Assembly: GCA_964638435.1 (NCBI GenBank)
Contig: CAZXAY010000004.1
Coordinates: 1-37,346 of the forward strand
DNA from: an uncultured Candidatus Saccharibacteria bacterium
GTDB lineage: Bacteria > Patescibacteriota > UBA1384 > JAMDBS01 > CAZXAY01
DNA length: 37,346 bases
Reading direction: 5' to 3'
Numbering within the stretch: the stretch's first letter is position 1; every line of letters begins with the position of its first letter. Shown piece after piece: positions 16,489 through 25,155 of the stretch. The position numbers and the translations under genes were made by a program. The notes beneath the pieces were generated by a model. The model saw only the letters and a program-made list of their open reading frames with translations. It searched no databases and had not been told where the DNA came from.

Positions 16489-16533
16489 TTAACTTCTATT
16501 AACCATTATTAACAGCCATTAACCTTTTCAACC
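16489..16533. repeat. five exactly 10-bp-phased TTAAC units abutting the dnaG start codon
   Basis: TTAAC occurs at 16489, 16499, 16509 and 16519, and TCAAC at 16529. The ATG is at 16534. No obvious Shine-Dalgarno sequence is present. Confidence 0.85.
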
Positions 16534-18303
16534 ATGAATGACAATGTCGAAGAGATAAAAAAACGTTTAGATATCGTAGATTTTATATCCGGCTATCTAA
16601 CACTTAAAAAAGCAGGGATTAATTACAAAGCACCTTGCCCATTCCACTCGGAGAAATCTCCTTCTTTTATGGTGTCACCCGAACGTCAAATTTTTAAGTG
16701 TTTTGGGTGTTCTGAATCTGGTGACGTTTTTAGTTTTTTAATGAAAATGGAAGGGCTTAATTTCCCCGAAGCACTAGAAATGTTGGCCAACCGCGCCGGG
16801 GTAATAATTGATAAACATGTTAACAAAGAGGTTTATCAAAAAGAAAAAGATGTTAAAACACGCCTTTATAAAATTAATAAACTTGCCGCTCAGGTTTATC
16901 ATAAAATTTTGCTCGAGCATCCCAGCGCCCAAGAAGCTCGAGATTATCTTAAAAAACGTAAATTGGATAATAAGACTATTAAAGATTTTACAGTTGGCTA
17001 TGCTCCAACTCAACCAGTACTTGCTAATTTCTTACATCAACGTGGTTTTTATGAGTCAGAAGTCCGCAGTGCAGGTAATCCAGATCGCTTTAAAAATCGA
17101 ATAATTTTCCCCATCTCAGATCAAATGGGCAATGTGCTGGGTTTTACAGGTCGTGTACTCAATCCAAACGATCAACCTAAATATTTAAATACGCCTGAAA
17201 CCGCGATTTTTCATAAAAGTCGGGTACTTTATGGGCTAAATGTTGCTAAACAAACCATTAAACAGCAAAAATCTGCCATTATTGTCGAAGGGCAAATGGA
17301 CGTCCTAGCTTCTCACCAAGCAGGGGTAGCTAACGCTGTAGCCACATCAGGCACAGCTCTAACTAATGACCACTTAGATATCTTGGCTCGTTATAGTCCT
17401 AATGTAATATTTGCTTTTGATCAAGATGATGCTGGCACAAAAGCTGCCAAAAAATCTATCCAAATGGCAATTGCCAGCGGGTTAAATGCCAAAATGGTTA
17501 TTTTTCCAGATGGTATCAAAGATGCAGGCGAATTAGTGGAAAAAGATCCCAAGCTTTGGCAAAATAATACTTCAAATGCCATTATTGCCTTAGACTGGTT
17601 ATTTATTACTATTTTCAAACCATATATTAATAATGAGTTATCGGGTGAAATTAAAAAACAAATTGCCCAAGAAATTATACCTTTTATTGCAGGTATCCCT
17701 GATACAATTGAGCAACAACATTACATCAAACAACTCGTTCAAAAACTAGATACTAAAGAAAATTTGATAATTGATGCAATTAATAAAGTTAAAAAAATAA
17801 ACCCAAGAGAATCATCTCATAAAGTTAGCCACAATCTTACGCCTGAAGAACATTTAATTGGCTTGCTTATAAATTTTCCCCAACTAATTAAACAGTCTGT
17901 TATTAAACTTGATTGGCAAGAATTTACTGATAAAAATTTAGCCCAAATTTACAAACTCTTGCAATCGTGTTATACTAAAGATAGTTGTCCCGCTACAAAT
18001 CGGGATAGCAAGCCGAATTCTTGTGATAACTCTAAAACTATAGTTAACTGTTTTAAAGCCAAATTGCCCCAAGCGTTTATGGCCGAGTTGGAATTTGTTT
18101 TGATGGAAATCGAAAATTCTTATCGTGATTTCCCCATCGAAAATTTGCAAACCGAGATAATAAACAATATTAATAGAATAAAACAAAACAATAGCGAAAT
18201 GATTAAAGATAAATTTGCTAAGGCGATTAAATCAGCCGAGCAAGAAGGCAATATCCAAGAAGTTAAAAAGCTTCTTAAGGAGTTTCAAAATGCCATTAAA
18301 TAA
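16534..18303 (+). CDS. dnaG: DNA primase
   Basis: The zinc finger is [23 protein letters not shown] motifs are EGQMDV and DQDDAG. Confidence 0.92.
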   Translation: MNDNVEEIKKRLDIVDFISGYLTLKKAGINYKAPCPFHSEKSPSFMVSPERQIFKCFGCSESGDVFSFLMKMEGLNFPEALEMLANRAGVIIDKHVNKEVYQKEKDVKTRLYKINKLAAQVYHKILLEHPSAQEARDYLKKRKLDNKTIKDFTVGYAPTQPVLANFLHQRGFYESEVRSAGNPDRFKNRIIFPISDQMGNVLGFTGRVLNPNDQPKYLNTPETAIFHKSRVLYGLNVAKQTIKQQKSAIIVEGQMDVLASHQAGVANAVATSGTALTNDHLDILARYSPNVIFAFDQDDAGTKAAKKSIQMAIASGLNAKMVIFPDGIKDAGELVEKDPKLWQNNTSNAIIALDWLFITIFKPYINNELSGEIKKQIAQEIIPFIAGIPDTIEQQHYIKQLVQKLDTKENLIIDAINKVKKINPRESSHKVSHNLTPEEHLIGLLINFPQLIKQSVIKLDWQEFTDKNLAQIYKLLQSCYTKDSCPATNRDSKPNSCDNSKTIVNCFKAKLPQAFMAELEFVLMEIENSYRDFPIENLQTEIINNINRIKQNNSEMIKDKFAKAIKSAEQEGNIQEVKKLLKEFQNAIK

Positions 18304-19399
18304 AAAATTAAAAAAAAATCAAGAAGAAGTAATTATTCTACCACCAGAGGTGAGTAATTTAATCGAAAAAGGGCGCAATCATGGCTTTGTAACTTATACT
18401 GAGATACTGCAAATTATGCCTGAGCCAGAAAAACAAATTGATATTCTTGACGTAATTTATGACACTTTTATTCGAGAAGGTATTGAGATAAAACAGCCTC
18501 GCTCACTGCTTAAAGAACATTTGTCCAAAGACAAAGATAAAAGTTTATCAATCGTAACTGATTTGGCCGAAATTTCTGACGACTCAGTAAGAATGTATTT
18601 ACGTGAAATTGGTAAAATCTCACTATTGTCTGGTGAAGAAGAGATTAGACTTGCCAAAAAAATTGAACTTGGCGATAAACTAGCTAAAAAAAAGTTAGCT
18701 GAAGCTAATTTGCGTTTAGTAGTTTCTATTGCTAAAAAATATATTGGCCGCGGACTTAGCCTACTTGATTTAATCCAAGAAGGTAACTCTGGCCTATTAA
18801 GAGCTGTAGAAAAATTTAATTTTCATAAAGGTTATAAATTTTCAACTTATGCTACTTGGTGGATTCGTCAAGCTATTACCCGCGCCATAGCAGATCAGGC
18901 TCGTACTATTAGAATTCCAGTACATATGGTAGAAATGATTAATAAACTTATTAGAGTCCAACGCCAGTTGGTTCAAGACCTTGGACGCGCTCCATTACCA
19001 GAAGAAATTGCCGAAGAGCTTGAGCTACCGGTTGAAAAAGTCGAGCATATCCTAAAAATTTCTCAAGAAACAGTTTCTTTAGAATCTCCTGTTGGTGAAG
19101 AAGAAGATTCCAAACTCGGCGACTTTTTAGAAGACAAAGATAATATGACACCAGATGAATCGGCTATTTATCAACTTCTTAGGGGGCACGTTACAGAATT
19201 TCTGCAAACCCTCCAACCTCGCGAACAAAAAATCCTAAAAATGCGCTTTGGTCTAGAAGACGGTCGCACTCACACACTCGAAGAAGTTGGCAAAGAGTTT
19301 GGTGTTACGCGCGAGCGTATCCGTCAAATCGAGGCTAAATCCCTGCAGCGCTTAAAAAAGAATGAGGATAGCCAAAAACTTAAAGATTATTTAAAATAA
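18290..19399 (+). CDS. rpoD: RNA polymerase sigma-70 (primary sigma factor)
   Basis: Motifs seen are [21 protein letters not shown] and [24 protein letters not shown]. The start is ATG 18290 behind AAGGAG, overlapping dnaG by 14 nt. Confidence 0.92.
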   Translation: MPLNKKLKKNQEEVIILPPEVSNLIEKGRNHGFVTYTEILQIMPEPEKQIDILDVIYDTFIREGIEIKQPRSLLKEHLSKDKDKSLSIVTDLAEISDDSVRMYLREIGKISLLSGEEEIRLAKKIELGDKLAKKKLAEANLRLVVSIAKKYIGRGLSLLDLIQEGNSGLLRAVEKFNFHKGYKFSTYATWWIRQAITRAIADQARTIRIPVHMVEMINKLIRVQRQLVQDLGRAPLPEEIAEELELPVEKVEHILKISQETVSLESPVGEEEDSKLGDFLEDKDNMTPDESAIYQLLRGHVTEFLQTLQPREQKILKMRFGLEDGRTHTLEEVGKEFGVTRERIRQIEAKSLQRLKKNEDSQKLKDYLK

Positions 19400-19409
19400 A
19401 GATTAAACT

Positions 19410-20324
19410 ATGAATACCGAAACAAATTTTGACCTCCCCACTTGGCAACAAGAACGATATAAAAAATTAGAAATTGAGGGCAGGCCTGAATACAAATATT
19501 GTTTCCATGGTACCGCTGCAAAAAATTTACCCGTTATTCTTAACAAAGGTTTTTCATTCCGAGAAGGCAGACCCAGTGTTTCAGTATCAGCATCATACTC
19601 TTTAGGTTGGACTGATCCAAAGATGCTGATTGATAAGAAAAGATTGTATACGTCAGATGTAGCTACGGATCAAAATGGACAAATTGTTAATCCCGAGAAT
19701 GAAGGAATTTTACTAGTTATAGAATCAAAAAAATTTAAACCTTATCCAATTAATGATGGTTTCCCAATCAAAATAAACAACGAAACTTTTACCCGCGGAC
19801 GTTGGCATAATTTTCATAATATCTTAGCCAATCCAAATAAAGAAATTATCCCTGAAAATCAAATTAATTTAGATCCAAATGAAGTAAAACTAGCTCTTAA
19901 ACCAACTAAAGAATTTGCTAGTATATTAGCAGATTTCCGTAATGAGCTTTTTCATGGTCAATTAAAAAAAGACGATTATTCTCAACTACTAAACAATTAT
20001 TTTCATAAGAAAGATGTTGCTGTAATCGATAGAATTAGCGATAAGAAGGAACTAATTAATAATATTTTAGATGGAGAAGTAGAAAAATTCATTGTTGAAA
20101 CTATCAGAAAATCAATGTTAAGCATTATGACTTTAAGCGGTGAAAATATCTATGTTGGTGGTGAAAAGAAACCTTTCAAACCATGGTCTAAAGATAAAAT
20201 CAGTGAATGTATTGTGAGCTTAACAAAATTAGCTCCACAAATAACTAATAAACTGATGCAAACTAACATTACAAAATCAATACTTGTCCTTAATCAAGAA
20301 TTAACAAAAATTGAAAATAGTTGA
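19410..20324 (+). CDS. hypothetical protein
   Basis: It is a long intact ORF immediately after rpoD. No domain was recognised with confidence. Confidence 0.6.
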   Translation: MNTETNFDLPTWQQERYKKLEIEGRPEYKYCFHGTAAKNLPVILNKGFSFREGRPSVSVSASYSLGWTDPKMLIDKKRLYTSDVATDQNGQIVNPENEGILLVIESKKFKPYPINDGFPIKINNETFTRGRWHNFHNILANPNKEIIPENQINLDPNEVKLALKPTKEFASILADFRNELFHGQLKKDDYSQLLNNYFHKKDVAVIDRISDKKELINNILDGEVEKFIVETIRKSMLSIMTLSGENIYVGGEKKPFKPWSKDKISECIVSLTKLAPQITNKLMQTNITKSILVLNQELTKIENS

Positions 20325-20353
20325 TAAAATATGTAAAAATAGATATATCATGC

Positions 20354-20382
20354 TTGACTTATTATCATATCCGTGATATTAT
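20354..20382 (+). promoter_or_regulatory. sigma-70-type promoter (TTGACT-17-TATTAT with TG extension)
   Basis: TTGACT lies at 20354-20359 and TGATATTAT at 20374-20382. It is about 175 nt upstream of the helicase ATG. Confidence 0.55.
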
Positions 20383-20557
20383 AAAATCTCGTGGTTAATT
20401 GTTCTATAGATTTCCGAAAAGCCTCCGCACCTAATAAGTACGGGGCAAGTAATTATTTCGATGTTCTGTACAGCAATCACCCAGAGAGCCGGTTATCAAA
20501 TGGGCTCTAAAAAACAGAATATTAAATAATTATTTTTGTGTTACAAAAAGGAAAAAA

Positions 20558-21787
20558 ATGCACAACAACATGAAGCAAAAATCTAACTTTAGACAAAGAA
20601 TTCGTTCTAATAGATTCAGTACTGGTAGAACGCCATTCTTTTCGTCCAATTCTTTTAGTAAAAAAAGAAACTTTCAACGCAAGCGCGGTGAGTCTATTGA
20701 TGTAAATAAATTTGTTAAAAGAGCTATTGATCAACCTCAAATTATTGAGCAAAAAGCAAAAAATACCTTTGCTGATTTTAGTTTTGTGCCGGAATTAGCT
20801 AGAAATATTGCCATCAAAAAATTTGAAACCCCAACTCCAATTCAAGATCAATCAATCAAAGAAGTTATGAACGGACGAGATTTAATTGGCCTAGCCAGCA
20901 CCGGAACCGGTAAAACTGGTGTATTCTTGTGGCCCATGATTAATAAAACATTTAAAGATCACAATCAAAAAGTATTAATTATTGCACCCACTAGGGAATT
21001 AGCTCAACAGATTGCTAATGAATTTCACTCCTATTCATTTGGAATGAGAGTTTTCTCGGCACTTTGCGTTGGTGGCATGCCAATTCACAAGCAAGTTATG
21101 AATTTAAGACGCCGACCTCAATTTGTCATCGGCACACCCGGCAGATTAAAGGATATGCATAAACGTAATTTAGTTGATTATACCCAATTCCAAAATATTG
21201 TGCTTGATGAGGTTGATCGAATGCTTGATATGGGTTTTATTGATGAAATACGCGATATTCTAAATCAGTTGCCAAAAAATCGTCAAACACTATTTTTTTC
21301 TGCTACTATGCCACCAAAAATTAGATCACTAGCAGAAGAATTCTTACAAAATCCTGTTACTGTTTCAATTCACGCTGGCGAAACTGCTCACAATGTAGAT
21401 CAAGATATTATTAGAGCTAGTGAGTTTGAAAAATTTAGTAAACTTCAAAACATTTTATCCCAAGATGGATTTAACAAAGTTTTAATTTTTAGCGAAACTA
21501 AAAGAGGTGTTGAAAAGCTGACTAATAGCTTAATTGATTGCGGCCACAAAGCTGCATCAATTCACGGTGATAAACGCCAAGGTCAGCGACAACGCGCCCT
21601 AGACCAATTTAAAAGAAGTGAATTGACCATCTTGGTTGCAACAGATGTTGCAGCCAGAGGTCTTGATATTAAAAATGTATCTCATGTTATTAACTATACT
21701 GTTCCTCAAACATATGACGACTATATCCACCGCATCGGCCGAACCGGCCGTGGAGATAAAAAAGGTATAGCACTGACTTTTGTTTAA
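20558..21787 (+). CDS. DEAD-box RNA helicase (DEVD variant) with a basic N-terminal tail
   Basis: Motifs seen are TPIQ, ASTGTGKT, PTRELA, DEVD, SAT and HRIGRTGR. Confidence 0.9.
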   Translation: MHNNMKQKSNFRQRIRSNRFSTGRTPFFSSNSFSKKRNFQRKRGESIDVNKFVKRAIDQPQIIEQKAKNTFADFSFVPELARNIAIKKFETPTPIQDQSIKEVMNGRDLIGLASTGTGKTGVFLWPMINKTFKDHNQKVLIIAPTRELAQQIANEFHSYSFGMRVFSALCVGGMPIHKQVMNLRRRPQFVIGTPGRLKDMHKRNLVDYTQFQNIVLDEVDRMLDMGFIDEIRDILNQLPKNRQTLFFSATMPPKIRSLAEEFLQNPVTVSIHAGETAHNVDQDIIRASEFEKFSKLQNILSQDGFNKVLIFSETKRGVEKLTNSLIDCGHKAASIHGDKRQGQRQRALDQFKRSELTILVATDVAARGLDIKNVSHVINYTVPQTYDDYIHRIGRTGRGDKKGIALTFV

Positions 21788-21819
21788 AAACACCCTTCTC
21801 TTATAATTTATCGGGCATG

Positions 21820-22839
21820 CTATACCAACGCTCTTTTGATCATAAATTCGACATTCTTGTTAGTTTTAGTATAGACAATAGTTATCCCAGAATATTGAGA
21901 TTGCCAAACACGAAATACTTCATCGGCAAACCCTTGTCCAATAGTTTCTACCTGATCAAAATCTAAAATAATAGTATTAAATTTATCAAGCCCAGACATC
22001 ACCCTTTTGGCCCGTGAACGGGAAAGAAAACTAGTTCCATGCTGAAATAGTTTGACCTTAATTTCAGATTTATTAAAACTAAAATTATTATCAGTATATT
22101 TTTTAAAAATCTGGTTTAATTGTGTCTTGCTGGTTTGGTCAATTTCAAAACGTACCTTTGTACCTTGATGTCTAGCAATCTTTGTTATAAATATATCATT
22201 AATATTATTATCAAAAATCAACCCAATATCTGAGCTTTCGATAATCAGTTTATCAGCTACTTTAGAAGTAAAAAATATACCTTCTCCAGAATGTCTTTGA
22301 GGCATAGTGGTTTGTTTCCCCTTAAATAAGTCCTCTACTGCCTGCATTTCGTTTTTTAGCTTCTTTTTAATTTTAATATTATTAAAAATTCCCACACCTT
22401 GATCGGCAATCTCAAAACTAAATTTATCATCTACCAAGTTAGCATTTACCGTAACAAATTTAGATTTGGAATGGTCTATGGCGTTATTAAGCATCTCGGT
22501 AAAAGCATATTCTATAATAACACGAACATTTCTAGAAAGATTTGCCAAATGAATAATATTTTGTTCTAAATCAATAAAAACTTGATGTTCATGCAAATTT
22601 TTATTTAATATTCTCTTTTTAAATATATTCTGATTGTTTTGTAGTTTTTTAAGATTTTCTTTACTAAACAAAACATACTCGGCATTATGTGTTATGCCAA
22701 ATTTAATAATCCTTTTCTCTTCTAATAATTGGTTAACAATTCTATTTAAATACTGCCTGGAGACTTTTAATTTCTTGGTTAAAATAGATGATTTAACTAT
22801 CTTAGATTCTTTTATTAATTGTAATATTTTATTCTTCAT
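21820..22839 (-). CDS. wHTH / GHKL-type ATPase / STAS-like (DUF4325-type) fusion protein
   Basis: The N-terminal wHTH is SSILTKKLKVSRQYLNRIVNQLLEEKRI. ATPase motifs are the N-box EMLNNAIDHS, G1 DQGVGI and G2 GEGIFF. The C-terminal ILDFDQVETIGQGFADEVF matches the DUF4325 pattern from memory. Confidence 0.65.
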   Translation of the reverse strand: MKNKILQLIKESKIVKSSILTKKLKVSRQYLNRIVNQLLEEKRIIKFGITHNAEYVLFSKENLKKLQNNQNIFKKRILNKNLHEHQVFIDLEQNIIHLANLSRNVRVIIEYAFTEMLNNAIDHSKSKFVTVNANLVDDKFSFEIADQGVGIFNNIKIKKKLKNEMQAVEDLFKGKQTTMPQRHSGEGIFFTSKVADKLIIESSDIGLIFDNNINDIFITKIARHQGTKVRFEIDQTSKTQLNQIFKKYTDNNFSFNKSEIKVKLFQHGTSFLSRSRAKRVMSGLDKFNTIILDFDQVETIGQGFADEVFRVWQSQYSGITIVYTKTNKNVEFMIKRALV

Positions 22840-22843
22840 ATTT

Positions 22844-22898
22844 TAATTGTAAACTAAATCATTTTAATTGTCAACCTCTAACAATATAATTGTCAACT
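22844..22898. promoter_or_regulatory. three direct repeats TAATTGT(A/C)AA(C) spaced 21 and 23 bp apart, directly upstream of the 21820-22839 gene
   Basis: The minus strand reads GTTGACAATTA, GTTGACAATTA and TTTACAATTAAAAT-ATG. These are repeated -35-like or operator-like boxes. Confidence 0.45.
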
Positions 22899-22925
22899 AA
22901 AAAAACTACAAATAGTAGTTTTTTT
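22899..22925. terminator. bidirectional rho-independent terminator
   Basis: The sequence is AAAAAAACTAC-aaata-GTAGTTTTTTT. Confidence 0.7.
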
Positions 22926-22931
22926 ATAATC

Positions 22932-22978
22932 AGCCATGAACCAATTGGTAACCTACGGTTACCTGCTGGTTCATGGCT
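22932..22978. other. long nested hairpin overlapping the tRNA-Asn 3' end
   Basis: AGCCATGAACCA pairs with TGGTTCATGGCT, and GGTAACC-tac-GGTTACC lies inside. Confidence 0.6.
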
Positions 22979-23048
22979 CCGGAGCTCGGACTCGAACCGA
23001 GAACCCTCTCCTTAACAGGGAGATGCTCTGCCATTGAGCTACTCCGGA
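22974..23048 (-). tRNA. tRNA-Asn (anticodon GTT), CCA encoded
   Basis: The reverse complement reads TCCGGAG-TA-GCTCAATGGCAGAGC...CTGTTAA...CTCGG-TTCGAGT-CCGAG-CTCCGGA-G-CCA. Confidence 0.88.
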
Positions 23049-23056
23049 ATAAATTG

Positions 23057-23311
23057 TTATTTAATATTATCAAATAATTTTTTAATAAATTTTCTACCCG
23101 CGTGTGATTTTAAATACTTTTCTCTTTTGCATGCTTGTTGCTTATTGTCAAATGTTTCAGTATAAAATAATTCCCACGGTTTAAATTGGCTAGTATATTT
23201 ATTCGAGCCAGAATTATGTTCCTTTAGTCTTTTCTGAACATCTAATGTATAGCCAACATATGTCTTGGACATCACCTTACTTTTTAAAATATAAATATGA
23301 TAATTGATCAT
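23057..23311 (-). CDS. GIY-YIG nuclease minigene (84 aa), copy 1
   Basis: The protein is MINYHIYILKSKVMSKTYVGYTLDVQKRLKEHNSGSNKYTSQFKPWELFY...KREKYLKS. The start was set at the internal ATG, because the longer ORF reads through the leader and the tRNA fragment. Confidence 0.8.
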   Translation of the reverse strand: MINYHIYILKSKVMSKTYVGYTLDVQKRLKEHNSGSNKYTSQFKPWELFYTETFDNKQQACKREKYLKSHAGRKFIKKLFDNIK

Positions 23312-23399
23312 TGTCCGTCTTATGTCTAGATTACTATACAAAAGCCGAGACCTCGGCTCGCAATAATTTGCGAGACGGGAGCTACTCCGGAATAAATTG

Positions 23400-23654
23400 T
23401 TATTTAATATTATCAAATAATTTTTTAATAAATTTTCTACCCGCGTGTGATTTTAAATACTTTTCTCTTTTGCATGCTTGTTGCTTATTGTCAAATGTTT
23501 CAGTATAAAATAATTCCCACGGTTTAAATTGGCTAGTATATTTATTCGAGCCAGAATTATGTTCCTTTAGTCTTTTCTGAACATCTAATGTATAGCCAAC
23601 ATATGTCTTGGACATCACCTTACTTTTTAAAATATAAATATGATAATTGATCAT
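23400..23654 (-). CDS. GIY-YIG nuclease minigene (84 aa), copy 2 (identical)
   Basis: It is offset from copy 1 by exactly 343 nt. Confidence 0.8.
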   Translation of the reverse strand: MINYHIYILKSKVMSKTYVGYTLDVQKRLKEHNSGSNKYTSQFKPWELFYTETFDNKQQACKREKYLKSHAGRKFIKKLFDNIK

Positions 23655-23851
23655 TGTCCGTCTTATGTCTAGATTACTATACAAAAGCCGAGACCTCGGC
23701 TCGCAATAATTTGCGAGACGGGAGCTACTCCGGAATACTAAAAATATTTTAGCACTAAATTTATTTTTTTGCAACAGCTTGAAATATTTTAATTAATCCA
23801 TTGTATTAATTATTACGAGCTCGATATTAATTAATAAAGAAAGGAAAATTA

Positions 23852-24238
23852 ATGAACAAAACACATTTAGCATTAGTGGCAGGTGCATTAGCAGTACTAT
23901 TTACTGCTGGTGGGCTGGCTCTTGCTGATGATAATACTAACCCACGAACCAAAGTCTTAGATGAAGCAGTTAGTTCAAGTATCATCTCGCAAGATCAAGC
24001 AGATAAACTCAAAGATCTACAACAAAAAAACTTTGAGACCAAGCGCGCCGAGATGCGTCAAGCTCGTCAGGAGATGATGAAGCAAAGACTTGATCAAGCT
24101 GTTAAAGACGGCACAATAACTCAAGAAGAAGCTGATCAAATTACCTCGTGGCAAAACTCTCGCCCTGCGGCCTTAGACAAAATAAAGGGTCCTGGTAAGG
24201 GGATGCACCGGGCAATGGTAGGAGTTGACGAATCTTAG
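23852..24238 (+). CDS. secreted helical protein, unknown
   Basis: The signal peptide is MNKTHLALVAGALAVLFTAGGLALA. The body is charged and coiled-coil-like. An RBS AAGGAAA is present, and G+C is visibly higher than in the neighbours. Confidence 0.65.
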   Translation: MNKTHLALVAGALAVLFTAGGLALADDNTNPRTKVLDEAVSSSIISQDQADKLKDLQQKNFETKRAEMRQARQEMMKQRLDQAVKDGTITQEEADQITSWQNSRPAALDKIKGPGKGMHRAMVGVDES

Positions 24239-24337
24239 TTATTATACAACCTATGCACAACTTCTTTCACCTCGGAGGTGCTTAAATTCTTCACCTCCGA
24301 GGAGGTACGTAAGTTGTATTAATACATTACCTCCATC

Positions 24338-24361
24338 AAAAACAGGCTTGTGCCTGTTTTT
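24338..24361. terminator. bidirectional rho-independent terminator
   Basis: The sequence is AAAAACAGGC-ttgt-GCCTGTTTTT. It is preceded by a long nested palindrome at 24258-24320 (CACCTCGGAGGTG / CACCTCCGAGG). Confidence 0.75.
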
Positions 24362-24432
24362 GATTTTATTTAAATTTTTACTATAGTTACCACCTGTTGT
24401 ATAAAAGTAATCAACAAGCTGCAAACCTTATT

Positions 24433-25092
24433 TTAAATTATTTTTCCATCCTTGAGTTCATACGTTTTACTAGCGTATTTTCTTACATCTTGATCGTGAG
24501 TAATTAAAATAATTGTTTGCTTATTAGTTTTATTAAGATTGTGTAATAATTCAATAATTTCCTGGCCAGTTTTACTATCCAAATTGCCAGTTGGTTCATC
24601 AGCTAATATCAATTCCGGTTCATTAATTAAAGCTCGTGCGATAGCTACCCTTTGTTGCTCTCCACCAGATAACAAACTTGGTAAATGGCTAGCTCTACTA
24701 CCTAGACCAACTTTTTCTAACATTTTTTCAGCTTTTTTAATATCATTTTTACCTCTTATTGCAATGGCAGCTTCCACATTTTGACTAGCCGTCAGGGTTG
24801 GAATCAAATTAAAGCTTTGGAAGATAAAACCGATTCGTTTTTGACGTATCTTAGCAAGTTGAGCTTCATTGGTTTTCATAAAATCTCTGCCACCTACCTC
24901 TATTTGTCCACTTGTTGGCTTATCTAACCCACCGAGTAATGATAATAATGTACTTTTGCCACTTCCTGATGCTCCGATTATAACCACAAAATCGCCTTGG
25001 CCCACTGACAAATCAATACCATCAACTGCATTAATAGTCTTACTGCCTTGTTTAAATGATTTAACTAAATTCTTAATTTTTATAAGTTCCAT
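24433..25092 (-). CDS. ABC transporter ATP-binding protein (MacB/LolD-like)
   Basis: Motifs seen are Walker [10 protein letters not shown], the signature [15 protein letters not shown] and Walker B LILADEPT. The start was set at ATG 25092 (MELIKIKNL) behind AAGGAA. Confidence 0.9.
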   Translation of the reverse strand: MELIKIKNLVKSFKQGSKTINAVDGIDLSVGQGDFVVIIGASGSGKSTLLSLLGGLDKPTSGQIEVGGRDFMKTNEAQLAKIRQKRIGFIFQSFNLIPTLTASQNVEAAIAIRGKNDIKKAEKMLEKVGLGSRASHLPSLLSGGEQQRVAIARALINEPELILADEPTGNLDSKTGQEIIELLHNLNKTNKQTIILITHDQDVRKYASKTYELKDGKII

Positions 25093-25121
25093 ATATTTCC
25101 TTGTTTTATGCCACATATCAA

Positions 25122-25155
25122 ATGTTATATGTTACATGCTACATGTTATATGATA
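25122..25155. repeat. GTTACATGCTACATGTTATATG word repeat (copy 4) between the permease stop and the ATPase start
   Basis: The sequence is ATGTTATATGTTACATGCTACATGTTATATGATA. Confidence 0.85.

Larger units (their letters stand above)
23036..23737. repeat. perfect tandem duplication: 343 bp x 2 plus a 16-nt third copy
   Basis: The units are 23036-23378 and 23379-23721, and they look identical by eye. 23722-23737 repeats GAGCTACTCCGGAATA, which is the tRNA-Asn 5' 13 nt plus 3 nt. Confidence 0.9.

Noticed and set aside
20383-20557. SRP RNA, 6S RNA or a known riboswitch in the helicase leader
   Set aside because: I could not find the conserved cores, such as the SRP domain IV GGAA/AGCA motif or the TPP CUGAGA...ACCUGA motif. 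It is kept only as an unclassified leader.
23036-23737. Possible CRISPR array or group I intron in tRNA-Asn
   Set aside because: There are only two long (343-bp) units, and they contain a protein gene. There is no repeat-spacer architecture. The interruption point is nt 13 of the tRNA, not the anticodon loop. The downstream tRNA copy is intact, and I could not see a group I core (P3-P7). I therefore treat it as a tandem cassette and not as an intron or CRISPR array.
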